Assembly: GCF_006345805.1 (NCBI RefSeq)
Contig: NC_043013.1
Location: 7,502,001-7,566,000 of the forward strand
Reading direction: 5' to 3'
Source of the DNA: Octopus sinensis
Lineage: Eukaryota
DNA length: 64,000 nt
Part shown: positions 1 through 12,920 of the stretch, piece after piece
Position numbering within the stretch: position 1 is the first letter of the stretch
Layout of the letters: every line of letters begins with the position of its first letter
Translations under genes and position numbers: made by a program
Notes under the pieces: generated by a model
Database searches by the model: none
Seen by the model: only the letters and a program-made list of their open reading frames with translations
What the model was told of the DNA's origin: nothing

Positions 1-737
1 TGCATTTGTGTATATATGCTAGTTTCTTTCTGTTGGTATGTCTACGTTTGTGTCTGTGTGTATATATGCAGGTATGTAAGGATATGTACGTATGTCTTTA
101 TGTATGTATGTATGTAGTCGAAAGACACCTGTTGTTATGTTCTGTTATTATTTATATTGTATTTTTATTGTATTTATATTTGTGTAACTTTGTCCGATTT
201 TTTTGTCCTTGTTTTTGTATACATTCGCTACTTTCTTCCAAGGAATCTAATGCTCTTAGCTTAGTTTTTCCTCGGGGCTGGCCAGATTGAAGCAATCTCA
301 AGAATAATCAGCCGAAATTGAGAAGATAATCTGGTACTTGACTGCGGATAGAGGGCTTTGAATGACCCATCCTTGTTCTTGTTGTATCGTCTATCTGGAT
401 GTTTTGTTGTCCCTTTTTGTATCACCTAGCTGTCTGGATGTTTTGCGTTCTTGTCCCATTTTGTATTTCATATATATATATATACTTATATACATACATA
501 TATATGTGTGACTGTTTGTGTGTATGTGATTGAGATATATGTAGTGTGTGTGTGATTATATATGTGATTGCTTATGTTTGGTCAACCCTCACCGCAAGAA
601 TGCACTATTAGATCAGCTTTAATCTGATCATGCAAAACAATAATGATGGTAGTAGGAGGTAAGAAGCAACCACTACTCCTACCACCATTGGTACTTCTTC
701 CTTTTCTTGGTAAAACAAACCTTTTCATTGTTTTCAG

Positions 738-957
738 ATTGTCTGTGGCATTTCCAAGTCAATAAACCAAGACTATATTGTCCCACAGTCATTGAAAGCA
801 TCTCTCAAAACTTGGCATGTCTCAGAAGAAAATATAAAAGTCATCAAGAACAAGCTGATCAGCATGTCTGAACGGACTCTGAAAGCCATCATGTCCTTTG
901 AGGACACACTTAACGAAGACGAACGAGGTGGAATTGGTGCTCAGACAGATATAATTG
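738..957 (+). CDS. CARNS1: Carnosine synthase-like ATP-grasp ligase, internal exon (gene starts upstream of window)
   Basis: ttttcag acceptor ends 737; open frame IVCGISKSINQDY...DERGGIGAQTDII(G); gtaaag donor at 958. RGGxxAQTDxxG resembles the CARNS1 motif. 220 nt, phase 1 out. Confidence 0.88.
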
Positions 958-1061
958 GTAAAGTATAAAACATCATAGATTGATTCTTATTTTGTCAATA
1001 ATTTTTCTTTGAAATCGAAATTGCTCAAAAATCAATGGAAATTGTAGTTGTGGTAACAGTC

Positions 1062-1360
1062 CCGGTGGCACGTAAAAGAACCATCCAAACTTGGCTGTTG
1101 CCAGTGCCGCCCCAACTGGCCTCTTTGCCGGTGGCATGTAAAAAGCACCAACCGATCATGGCCATTGCCAGCCTCGCCTGGCATGTAAAAATCACCCACT
1201 ATGCTCACGGAGTGGTTGGCATTAGGAAGGGCATCCAGCAGTAGAAGCACTACCAGATCAGACAGGGCCTGGTGCAGCCTTCTGGCTTCCCAGACCCCAG
1301 TTGAACCGTCCAACCCATGCTAGCATGGAAAGCGGACGTTAAATGATGATGATGATGAAA
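1062..1360 (+). mobile_element. RTE 3'-end copy (family D); similar copies at 9484-9645, 13340-13866, 25936-26182, 30790-31208, 47305-47568, 50510-50835, 58727-58975, 61680-61978
   Basis: Repeated GTGCC-ggt-GGCAC hairpin units and the same 3' end with (GAT)n tail as the 56.2-kb LINE. Confidence 0.85.
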
Positions 1361-1663
1361 CTGAGCAGAAAATGCAGCAGTCTTGCATAGTGATTGATAG
1401 CCTCATATCGTGTCATTGGAACCATATTGTAATAGCGAAGGGGACATAGAACTTGAAGCTCGTGTGTTGTCACTCACACTTGTGTGTATTTATAAGTGAA
1501 TTGTACAAAACCACACATTTATGACAATCCCATAAGAGTTTAGCACCTTAGCCATCACATGTATTTACATAAACACATAAATATACACACACACACCATT
1601 CTTTTACATCTATATTTGTAATGATCTGAACACTTAGTTTATTATCTTCATTCAAAATTTCAG

Positions 1664-1926
1664 GACTTGACTTTTTAGTGCAGAAAACTCAGTCAGAATT
1701 CAAACCTGTGTTAATTGAAGTGAATGGACGTGATTGCCTGAAAAACTGCCAAATTAATGAATTCATCAATAGAGACAAACTTGGAGAAGTTGTCAAAGAA
1801 CTGGTGAATACCATGATTTCAAGATCCGAACGTTTTCTGGTGAAAGGTAAAACTGTTCTTTTCATCGGTGATGGAGGGTACGGAAAACGGTTTACTTTGA
1901 AGGACACCAGAGGCTACGGAATTAAG
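1664..1926 (+). CDS. CARNS1: Carnosine synthase-like, penultimate coding exon
   Basis: tttcag acceptor ends 1663; phase-1 entry gives (G)LDFLVQKTQSEFKPVLIEVNGRDC...KTVLFIGDGGYGKRF...YGIK; gtgaat donor at 1927. 263 nt; phases match both neighbouring exons. Confidence 0.9.
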
Positions 1927-2175
1927 GTGAATATTTGAAGTATATTTCCTGGCTTGTTTGCTGTTTTTTTTTTATAATAGTTGGTTTGGCATAACAGTCA
2001 AGCAATAAATCCTCTCAATTTTCAAGTCAATTCAAATATTTTTGATTGTCAAAAATGGGTGAAAGTGAATGGTCATGTGGGAACCAACAAGCTTTGAGTT
2101 ATTTGTGTTATGCACTCCAGATTTATCTCCCTTGGATTATAGTTTCATGGCTTTCTATGTAAGTGGTACTCTACA

Positions 2176-2492
2176 TCTACTACATGTGGAAAATTCTGTC
2201 TGTGGGTGTGTTTGTTTGTGGATTTGTTACCTAATTCCTCCAACATCATTTTATCAATTTTGATGAAACTTGACACATGAGTAGAACTAATATCGGGAAA
2301 CCTTGTGACATACTTAGATTGTTGAAAAAAAATATTTAACAGGGCCCCTGGAAGGGATCCTTATATCTACTACATATAACTAATATTTTTTATTTAAATA
2401 CCCAAGGGAAATAACCCATACCACCTGCACAATATTTTTTGTTTAAGCACCCAAGGGAAATAACCCATAGCACCTGCATTTACAGTTGTTAG
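2176..2492 (+). mobile_element. Probable degenerate Helitron in the CARNS1 intron
   Basis: A|TCTACTAC 5' end, gtttgtttgt microrepeat, 3' TTAG|T; hairpin decayed. Confidence 0.45.
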
Positions 2493-2624
2493 TTTTTAGC
2501 AATGCAATCAATATTTGATTCTCACAATCAGCGGACCTAATTCTGCATTTCCCTACTCACAGTTTTGAACTGCTAAACCTTATTATTGCACTTTCTTGGT
2601 TTCGATCTTAAACTTGAAAGACTT

Positions 2625-2935
2625 CATTCTCTCTCACCAGCCTCTCTTGACAACCTCCATCAACTTCTCTCACCAACCTCCGACAGCCTCTCTCACCAAC
2701 CTCCAGCAACCTCTCTCACCAACCTCTCTTGACACCTCCATCAACTTCTCTCACCAACCTCTCTTGACAACCTCCATCAACTTCTCTCACCAACCTCTGA
2801 CAACTTCTCTCGCCAACCTCTGACAACTTCTCTCACCAACCTCCGACAACTTCTCTCACCAACCTCTGACAACCTCTCTCGCCAACCTCCGACAACCTCT
2901 CTCGCCAACCTCTGACAATCTCTCCCTCCTCCAGC
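2625..2935. repeat. C-rich minisatellite (~19-22-bp CTCTCTCACCAACCTC... units)
   Basis: Tandem variants within the CARNS1 intron. Confidence 0.88.
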
Positions 2936-3544
2936 TGACAGATTTTTGTACTTTATTGGGATGGAAAATACACCTTTTGTGGAAGTTATAACAAAATTGC
3001 TTTCTTATATCAGAGTAATATGGCATTTCAATAAGGTGTTTAAATAGAACATCTTTACCCCTGGGAATTCCCAGGTTAATAAGCAGTTTACTGTCATAAA
3101 ATAGGGAAAATAAATTGTAATAGTTACCAGAAGTGACAATAGTGATATACCAAAATTTCATTAAACATGTTTGACATCTGATGGGTGGGCTTCTTATGAG
3201 GGTCTTTTCAACTTCTATATTCATGAAGTCATCAACGATTCACTCAATTTTGTTGATCCAAACAATGACAGAATCCATACACAGACTATAGAAGGGTGAT
3301 GTATGCTCACCAGGAAAAAACATTGGTGATGACTCTGGAGATGGCAATGATGATGATGATGATGACAATTGAATTTAGATAATATAGGTCTCAGATGCCC
3401 TTAAAATTACAGGCTGTCAATTGCTAGAACCTCGTTGGTCATAGAACTAATAGATTTATAACAGCAATAACAATCGTAAATTTAGATTTCTATGTATTAT
3501 ATTTTCCCAAATCATGTTTCCATTTTTGTTAATTTATTCCGCAG

Positions 3545-4780
3545 ATTGTGTTGGTAAATGCAGAAAAACCTAAAAACTTGAGTCAAGATATCACTTTCGT
3601 ACCACATGATCTGACTGACTTAAAGCGGACGTATAAAAATGCCACCGAAATTATTGCCAAGCTTCAAGCTAGAGGTATAACAATTGATGGCTGTATTACT
3701 TTCTGGGATGAAAATGTCTGTCTTGTGGCAGCGATATGCGAACTTTTGAACCTAACAGGATCAAATTATAAAGCATACACCATTGCAAAAAATAAATACC
3801 TTACTTTTAAATGGCTACAGAAGCGAAAGGGAGATATTCCTCATTGGCCACGTACGTTTTTGTATTCTTCAAACGTTTATGAAATTAACACACAGTCTGA
3901 TATCTCCAAAATCTTCCAAAACAACAAGCCTTCCTTACCTTTGGTATTAAAATTTGAATACGGATCAGGTGCAATTGGTGTTAAACTTGTGCAAAACGAA
4001 GAAGAGTGCCAACAGTATTATCAACAGTTATCGGACTTAGAAATGCCTGGTGTTGGTCTATCTTTAGGTCGTTCTTTTATATTGATGGATTACTTACAAG
4101 GCACCGAACATGATGTGGATATCATAATATATAAGCGTAAATTAATCGCAGCTTTTGTGTCGGATAACGGTCCAACCAGGTTACCCAATTTCATAGAAAC
4201 GGCAGCTCTTTTGCCTTCGATTCTTTCAGATGAAAAGCAGAACCAACTGATCGTTGCTGCTTACCAATGTTGTCTTGAAATCGGTTTAGAAAGCGGCGTT
4301 TTTAACGTGGAAATGATTATGTCAGTGACGGGACCAAAACTTTGTGAGATTAATTCACGAATGGGTGGAGCCTATCTGAGGGACTGGATTAAATTGTGTT
4401 ATGGAGTTGATATTATGTTTTGCGACTTATTAATATCTCTGGGTATCGAACCACATGTAAAATGTAAATATAGTCAAACGTATTTAGCGGGGATTATATG
4501 CTTGGCTTCAGAGCATGCTGATATTTTCAAAGATGAGCAAAAAATGAATTTAATTCGAGCCAAACATGAATCCAAGCAAATACAATACAATCAATTTCTT
4601 GAAAAGCTTCATTTAGAATATGAAGAAGAGCTATACTTTGCAAGTATAGCAGTAATTGAGCCTGATCCAATAACTGCTAAAAGGTCATTGATAAAAATCT
4701 CAGAAGAACTTGGTATTAAAACCGATTCATACAATGTTGAACAATTCCTTAAATTCATTCCAAATGAGACACAAGAATAG
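3545..4780 (+). CDS. CARNS1: Carnosine synthase-like, terminal exon with ATP-grasp domain
   Basis: ccgcag acceptor ends 3544; 411-codon frame with DGCITFWD, KFEYGSGAIGV, GTEHDVD, AAFVSDNGPTRLP, GVFNVE, EINSRMGG, YLRDWI motifs characteristic of CARNS1; TAG 4778-4780; AATAAA 5325-5330. The three exons give 572 aa. Confidence 0.95.
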   Translation: MVLVNAEKPKNLSQDITFVPHDLTDLKRTYKNATEIIAKLQARGITIDGCITFWDENVCLVAAICELLNLTGSNYKAYTIAKNKYLTFKWLQKRKGDIPHWPRTFLYSSNVYEINTQSDISKIFQNNKPSLPLVLKFEYGSGAIGVKLVQNEEECQQYYQQLSDLEMPGVGLSLGRSFILMDYLQGTEHDVDIIIYKRKLIAAFVSDNGPTRLPNFIETAALLPSILSDEKQNQLIVAAYQCCLEIGLESGVFNVEMIMSVTGPKLCEINSRMGGAYLRDWIKLCYGVDIMFCDLLISLGIEPHVKCKYSQTYLAGIICLASEHADIFKDEQKMNLIRAKHESKQIQYNQFLEKLHLEYEEELYFASIAVIEPDPITAKRSLIKISEELGIKTDSYNVEQFLKFIPNETQE

Positions 4781-6693
4781 GGTGAAGTCTGGGAGTTATT
4801 TTTTTATGTGTGTCTTTATATATGTGTTGGGGAGATATGGAAAGTTGATACATCTTTAATTTCTTTTCTAAAGGGAGTTATTGTTTTTTAGCCCCAAGTC
4901 AACATTGATCCAAGCTGTGGCCATCTCATCTTTTCTATATCCATCTCGTCACCTGGACCTCCTCGAACAGGTTCAGAAACAAGTCTGTAATTTGATTGGT
5001 TCCCCCCTCTTCCTCTCTTAGTCTGTAATTTGATTGGTCCCTTGTCACAGTGACATGACAACTTAGTCTTTTCTATCTCTCCTACCACAGGATGTGCTCA
5101 GATGAATTTTCTTAGTCCTAGATCACATTGTGCCATATCACCTGACTCGTAACTCACAGCATCTTCATTCAAATTCTGTGACGCTTCCACGAATAAGTAA
5201 GTCTTTCTATAGTTGAAGCTTTTATCCTCGAACTACCAGAATTTGGAACTCTATTCCATCTCATTTTCTCCCTCCTTAGTCCCTTACACTAAGTGGCTTT
5301 CCGCCTTGTTTGGGACTTTGTAAGAATAAAAGAAAAACAGAATATCTCTGATTGCAATTATCAAAATTGATATCTTCTGAGAGAGAGAGACAGAGAGAGG
5401 GTGATAGGGCAGTAGAATCCTTTTCATATAAATGAACCCCTTTTCATATAAATGAATTTTTTCATGATCCCCAGGCCTGTTTACTCATTAAGCTAATTTT
5501 ATTAACAAACAAGTTTATATTCTATTTGAGAGATTGGATCAAGTTCTGTTATGGAGTTGATATTATGTTTTGTGCCTTATTAATATCTCTGGGTATTGAA
5601 CCACATGTAAAATGTAAATATAATCAAACCTGTTTAGCAGGGATCATGTGTTTGGCCTCAGAGCATGCTCATATTTTCAAAGACAAACAAAAGATGAATT
5701 TAATACGAGGGAAATACAATTCAACCAATGTTTTGAAAAGCCTTTTGCAGAAGATGCAGATGAGAGACCTTTTTCAAATAAAGCTGTAACTGAACCTGAT
5801 CAAGAAACTGCTAAAAGGTCATTGATAAAACCCTCAAAACTTGGCATTAAAACTGATTCATACAATGTTGAACAATTCCTTAAATTCATTCCAAATGAGA
5901 CAAAAGAATAGGGTGAAGTCTGGGGGTTATTGTTGTTTTATGTGTGTGTATGTATATATGTGTTGGGAAGATATGGACAGTTTATTCATCTTTTGATTTC
6001 TTTTCCAAAGGGAGTTATTGTTTTTTAGCCCCAAGTCAACATTGATCCAAGCTGTGGCCATCTCATCTTTTCTATATCCTTCTTGTCACTTAGATCTCCT
6101 CGAATGGGTTCAAAGCAAGTCTGTAATTTGATTGGTCTTTCTCTTTCTCTCTTTCTTATTCTGTAATTTGATTGGTCCTTTGTCACAGTGACATGACGTC
6201 TTAGTCTTTTCTATCTCTCCTACCACAGTAAGTGCTCAAATGAATTTTCTTAGTTCTAGAACACCTTATGCCATCTCACCTGACTCATAACTCAGTGTCT
6301 CCATCCAAATGCTGTCGTGCTTCCGCAAATAAGGAAGTCTTTCTACAGTTGTGGCTTTTTCCCTTGAAAAGCCAGAATTTGGAGCTCTCTTCCATCTCAT
6401 TTTCTCCCTTCTTGTGACCTGAACTCTTTCAAGTCTAAACTAAATTCATTCTTTGTGTCTTAATTACTCCTTCGTAGTCCCTTACACTCTGTGGCTTTTC
6501 ACCTTGTTTGGGACTTTATAAAAATAAAGGAGAAACAGAATAATCCTGATTACATTATCCAATGTGACATCTTCTGAGAGAGAGAGAGTAGGGCAGTAGA
6601 TCCCTTTTCATATAAATGAATCCCTTTTCCATAAATGAATTTTCTCGCAATCCCTGTGCCTATTTACACAATAAGCTGATTTTATTAACAAAC
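4373..6693 (+). repeat. Diverged tandem duplication (~1.15-kb unit) of CARNS1 3' CDS plus 3' UTR
   Basis: 4373-5510 aligns with 5523-6693 including stop codon, UTR, AATAAA (5325/6523) and the (GA)n tract; both end in ttttattaacaaaca. Confidence 0.92.
5523..5911 (+). pseudogene. 5'-truncated, frameshifted copy of the CARNS1-like C-terminus
   Basis: Aligns to 4373-4780 at an offset of ~1150; net 16-nt deletion near 5709 shifts the frame (ORFs 5526-5789 and 5648-5911 are the two halves); no homology upstream of 5522. Confidence 0.9.
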
Positions 6694-7250
6694 ATCAAAC
6701 TTACTTCAGACAGCTAAAGAATACCTAAGCTGAGATGTAAAACAGAAACCACATTTTCCCACATTCACAAAGAAGTTCTCGGCCTATTGTTTTAGCTTGC
6801 CTGCACCGAGTAATTAACGAGAAAAAGTATATTTGTTAAAGATTGTAACAACTTGCATTATAATCATCTTCAACATTGTAACAACATAATAATCAATCTT
6901 AATAAATGACCTTATTAATAATCAATTAAATAATTGTTCCTCATCGTTTTTTGTTATAATTGATCTAAACTCTTTACAAACACTTCTCACATTTTCAACT
7001 CTCACCAGGAAAATATATGTAACTATTGCCATAGATCTAACACAATGTCAAGTACTTCTAAGAATGAAATGAAGTTGTGTTGCTCACACAAAGGACAAGA
7101 AATTATCTGCATAGCAACACTTTCTGTTCATAGACAATTGGGTACAAAGTCAATATTTGAAGTCAGATGAATGCAGATAAATGATCCTAACCCACACTTG
7201 CGGGCACACATTTTACTTAAGAAGATTACTTGAGTATAGTAACCCTAGTA

Positions 7251-7640
7251 GTGGAGGCGCAATGGCCCAGTGGTTAGGGCAGCGGACTCGCGGTCATAGG
7301 ATCACGGTTTTGATTCCCAGACCGGGCGTTGTGAGTGTTTATTGAGCGAAAACACCTAAAAAAAGCTACATGAGGCTCCGGCAGGGGATGGTGGTGATCC
7401 CTGCTGTACTCTTTCACCACAACTTTCTCTCACTCTTACTTCCTGTTTCTGTTGTACCTGTATTTCAAAGGGGCTGGCCTTGTCACTCTCTGTGTCACGC
7501 TGAATATCCCCGAGAACTACGTTAAGGGTGCACGTGTCTGTGGAGTGCTCAGCCACTTACACTTTAATTTCACGAGCAGGCTGTTCCGTTGATTCGGATC
7601 AACCGGAACCCTCGTTGTCGTAACCGACGGAGTGCTTCAA
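7251..7640 (+). mobile_element. tRNA-derived SINE family A, full length (~390 bp)
   Basis: tRNA-like head GTGGAGGCGCAATGGCCCAGTGG...GATTCCC; 10-bp TSD AACCCTAGTA at 7241-7250 and 7641-7650. Confidence 0.92.
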
Positions 7641-7879
7641 AACCCTAGTATATCACTGGTACTTATTTTATCGCTTCCCAGAAGTGTCAAATGTAAAATC
7701 GATCCCATCACGATTTGAATGCAGAATGTACAGAGATCATATAGAAAAATACCAAGAGATGATACTGTTATGACTGTTTCAAATGCACTAATGTCTAATG
7801 ATATGAAGCCTTTTAGAGCTAACAGCAAATGCTTTGAAATTTGGGATGAAAAGTTTTTCTTATTCAGAAAGAAAATTCA

Positions 7880-8107
7880 TTAACCCTTTCATTACCAACC
7901 TGGCTGAAACTGCCTCTGGCTCTGTAGTACTAATGTCTTGTTTTCATAAGTTTTGAATTAAAACCTTCCACCAAACCTTAGTCACAATTAATGTTCCTAA
8001 CATTAGCTTAATGATAACTAAGTTACTATACTAAATTCTTTGTAATATTTAAAGTAATTGAAAGAAACACAAAGCGTCTCAGAATAAATACAGTAACGAA
8101 AGGTCAA
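7880..8107 (+). mobile_element. piggyBac-type MITE family 1
   Basis: TTAA-CCCTTTCATTAC ... GTAACGAAAGG-TCAA; same body as 29886 and 32696 in the opposite orientation. Confidence 0.78.
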
Positions 8108-8270
8108 TAGTACATGTGGTACATTTAAACAGTAAAAATAAACATTAGCAGCATGATTCATGAGATTCTAGTTTATATTTCTGAAATTCTGCATTTGTAT
8201 TGAATCATTTTTTCTGTTCTTTCAATGAATGTTACTTAATTACTTTAAAACACACATAAATAGATTATAT

Positions 8271-8429
8271 GGAGTGGCTGTGTGGTAAGTAGCTTACTAA
8301 CCAACCACATGGTTCCGGGTTCAGTCCCACTGTGTGGCATCTTGGGAAAGTGTCTTCTGCTATAGCCCCGGGCCGACCAATGCCTTGTGAGTGGATTTGG
8401 TAGACGGAAACTGAAAGAAGCCTGTCGTA

Positions 8430-8500
<71 letters not shown>

Positions 8501-8710
8501 GTGTCTGTGTTTGTCCCCCTAGCATTGCTTGACAACTGATGCTGGTGTGTTTACATCCCCGTCACTTCGCGGTTCAGCAAAAAGAGATCGACAGAATAAG
8601 TACTGGGCTTACAAAAAATAAGTACCGGGGTCGATTTGCTTGACTAAAGGCGGTGCTCCAGCATGGCCGCAGTCAAATGACTGAAACAAGTACAAGAAAG
8701 AAAGAATATA
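8271..8710 (+). mobile_element. SINE family B with internal (TA)n/(TG)n microsatellite, full copy
   Basis: Head GGAGTGGCTGTGTGGTAAG...GGGTTCAGTCC, central cttgggaaagtgtctt (ccttgggcaagtgtctt in other copies), TA tract, tail ggcggtgctccagcatggccgcagtc. About 20 further half-copies across the window (e.g. 9690-10260, 23842-24010, 46600-46885, 50000-50410, 51102-51260). Confidence 0.88.
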
Positions 8711-9382
8711 AAAGGCAGGATGTGTGTGTGTGTGTGTGTGTGTACGTGAATGTACTTTATGTACGTCCACAAATTAGGATGCACATCACTCCAAATTTAG
8801 GAGGACATTGGTCACGACAATGGCTGTGCTTTTGTCAACTTATTTTTTCCGAGGCACCCCCGGATAGCGGTAAAAATAGCTTTTCAACCATAACTTTTGC
8901 CAATTTTCATGTCAGTGAAATCTGTAAGTTTGCTAACATGAGTTAAGTCCCCTGTCTTATAGATTAATTCACCCTACTACAATGCCTCTGAAAAAAATTA
9001 GATTTGGACTACCTAAGCAATCTCAGTGTAAGAAAAGAGAAAGAGCTGAAGAGACTGACTATCAGCAGACCCATTAGTAAAATATCATAACTTTTTGGGC
9101 TGAAACCTGGCAATAAGAGCTTGCAGATATTCAGCTACAAAACATTCAGTAATATTGAAGCAGTAATTTTCATAAATCAGGGTATAATTTTGAAGGCTCT
9201 TTCTGAACCCAGTCAACAACGGGTATTTCTGCTAGTATATATATAGCAAAAACTGTCCGATGAACGGCAACAGGAAACTCAGAGTAACAGGTTTTGTTGA
9301 ATTTTCTGCTGCTTTAAATAAAGCATATGACTCTACCACTGGTATTTGAGTACTCTTTTTTCCACCTATATATATACTCCGG

Positions 9383-9474
<92 letters not shown>

Positions 9475-11016
9475 TATATATATCAGCAGCAGCATTAAAC
9501 ACCTGTTTTCCATACTGGCATGAATTGGATGATTTGACTGAAAACTGGTAAGCTGGAGAGCAGAACCAGGTTCCACTCTGATATGGCATGGTTTCTACAG
9601 CTGGTGCCCTTCCTAATGCCAACCACTCCAAAGAGTGTAGTGGGTGCCAGGATCAATATAATCGACAATATCACCCACAAATCTGATGCCTAAAAATTCC
9701 TATTCTTTTATTCTTTTACTTGTTTCAGTCATTAGGCTGTGGCCATGCTGGGGCACTAACTTGAAGAATTTTGATCAAACAAATTGACAGCTGTACTTAT
9801 TTTTCTTTTAAGCCTGGTACTTATTTTATCAGTTTCTTTTACTGAACTGCTAAGTTATAGATACTGATGTTCCTTTCTGATAAAAGGAGCTGTCCAAAAC
9901 ATTAGACTTCTTCCCTGCCTAAAATTTATTCTGCACTTTGAATTATACACACACACACAAACATGCGTACATATTTATGCGTGCTTATATACATGCATTG
10001 GAGGGATTCATGCTTTTGTTTTGTTTAAACTGTTGCAGATCAACAACTGCAAGAAGGACATACACACACACATACATACACACTCACACGATGAGCTTCT
10101 TTTAGTTTCCACCAATCAAATCTACTCACAAGGCTTTGGTCATTTTGAGGCTATAGTTTGAGGCTATAGTAGAACACACTTGCCCAAAGACCATGCAATA
10201 GGAATTGAACCTGAAACCATGTGATCGGGAAGCAAACTGAATGAAACAGCCATGCCTATGCTGCTAATGATTCTGCCACCTTGCCACCTCACCATATTTT
10301 GATATTGGTTTCAAATTTTTGTTTCAAAGCCAGTAATTTTAATTCACTTACCTTCTTCTCCAAACCTGCTGGTCTTGTGCCAAAATTTGAAACCATTATT
10401 AAAATAAGGCTTTAGATAAAGATTGCTCTTAAATTTTGAAATGGTTTATTATCAAATAAATTTGGTTAATGCGTTAAGAAATCGAGTGCTAATAATTTAA
10501 ATGTGTAACAGCTGTGTAATGAATGTTGAATGTCTTCATTAATAAAGAAAATATTTTCAACTATGTTAAAATAACATGAGTAGGAAAACGGCAATTTTCA
10601 ACTGATATTTGGTTTTTACTTGGTAGAGCTTCACTATCATCAACCTCATCACACCACCATTAGATATCCTTTTTTCTTTATACAATAACTGGAAGTCATT
10701 GTATAGAGTGTATTAAACACATGAAGTTGGAAACATCGAAATTATGTTGAGAAATACAACCTGAAATAAACAAAAAAAAAAAACAAAACAAAAAATAATC
10801 ATATAAACAGTTTTGGAAACAAAATAAAAACAAAAATCATTATCATTGTCATCATCATCATCTCTGTCATCGTCATCATTATGATCATCATCATTGTCAT
10901 CATTATTGTTGTTAGTCTGACATGTATCCATGCATACATACATACATGCATACATACATACATGCATACATACATACATTTATACATACATACATACATA
11001 CATACATTTATACATA

Positions 11017-11395
11017 CACTTGCGTCAGAAATTAATTAGCACTTCTCAAATTTCTACATTAAATAGGTTAAATCAATTAACCTATGAGCTGTTCAAAACG
11101 TCTTACGCGATGAGAAAACTTAGTATGGTGTGATTTCGGTCCTTGCGAGGCGCTACCTATATCTATTAACAAAGGAAGATTTGTCTGTATCCGCACTCCA
11201 AGTTGTTGTTGCACTGCTATGTCAACATCATAAGGGTGTAGACTCTCAAACTGCTCTGCAAACAAAGTTACGTCATTGTTCTGCGCAACAGTGAACTCGC
11301 AACAAAGTAATAGTTCGAGATATGGCCACTAGGTGACAGCACATACCTTGAGTGAAGAGCAAATCAAGGGTGCTAATTAATTTCTGACGGTAGTG
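11017..11395. mobile_element. Tc1/mariner-type MITE
   Basis: 26-bp TIRs CACT..CGTCAGAAATTAATTAGCAC at both ends, TA flanks, inserted in a (CATA)n tract. Confidence 0.85.
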
Positions 11396-11519
11396 TACAT
11401 ACATACATACATACATTTATACATATGTACATACACACATACATACATACATACATTTATACATACATACATTTATACATACATACATACATACATACAT
11501 ACATACATACATACATACA

Positions 11520-11554
<35 letters not shown>

Positions 11555-11889
11555 TGCTAGGCCCACATATAACATCCAAAGGTACGTTATTTTTTCTCTG
11601 ATGAAATTAATCTCATGTCACATAAATGCAAATTTAATGCACAAATTTGTAATTAAATTATTAGGTATTAATTGAAACAGATTTAAGAAGCCAAGATGAC
11701 CAATTTGTTAATAATAAACAATTATTAACTTACTTATCTCCATTTCCTTTTCTTCTTTTAGCTGGATATAAACTAATATGCTTAATATATACTGAGTGTT
11801 TTAAGGGAATTTCATTCCCCAACAATACTAGGTATTGAACCAGTATTTCCTTGGATGCAATCATTGCTTCACACGAGTAACATATCATC

Positions 11890-12360
<471 letters not shown>

Positions 12361-12521
12361 TAAAATAAAATAAATATAAGAGAGTGGTCACTATATGGCT
12401 CACTCTAGCACCAGTTAATCCAAAAGGTTTCAACCACAAAAATACATGTTTCCCATGAAAGTCAGTACGATTGTTAGCTCACACGGACAGGGCAAATAAA
12501 AAATAACAAAAATACAGATTA

Positions 12522-12603
12522 TTTTGGGACAATTGTTTCGCTATTAATGAATTAAATGTAATTTTACTTACAAAAAAATCCACTTGTAGCTCCTCAGCCA
12601 AAA
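12522..12603 (-). ncRNA. Type I hammerhead ribozyme (inverted copy of 12839-12920)
   Basis: Lies in the 239-bp inverted arm 12367-12605 that is the reverse complement of 12837-13075. Confidence 0.82.
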
Positions 12604-12838
12604 CTTTGGTGTAGAGTAGATATACTATTAAATTAGTATCTAATTCTCTCACCCTTATTAATTAATTATAATTATGCTGCATTTATTTCTAAATGCTGTA
12701 TTTGTTTTCCGTGAAAATTTGGCGCGCTGTTAGTTGGGGCATTTGAATTATAACGTCGGATGTAATCAATTGAACCACACGCGTATTTATCGTTATGGTA
12801 AAATCTGGCGTGTGATTGAGTGGATTTCATCCAGATAG

Positions 12839-12920
12839 TTTTGGCTGAGGAGCTACAAGTGGATTTTTTTGTAAGTAAAATTACATTTAATTCATTAATA
12901 GCGAAACAATTGTCCCAAAA
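12839..12920 (+). ncRNA. Type I hammerhead ribozyme, canonical core
   Basis: Stem I TTTTGG/CCAAAA; core CTGAGGA 12845-12851; stem II GCTA/TAGC around a 43-nt insert; GAA; palindromic stem III ACAATTGT; GTC triplet, predicted cut after 12914. Confidence 0.85.
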
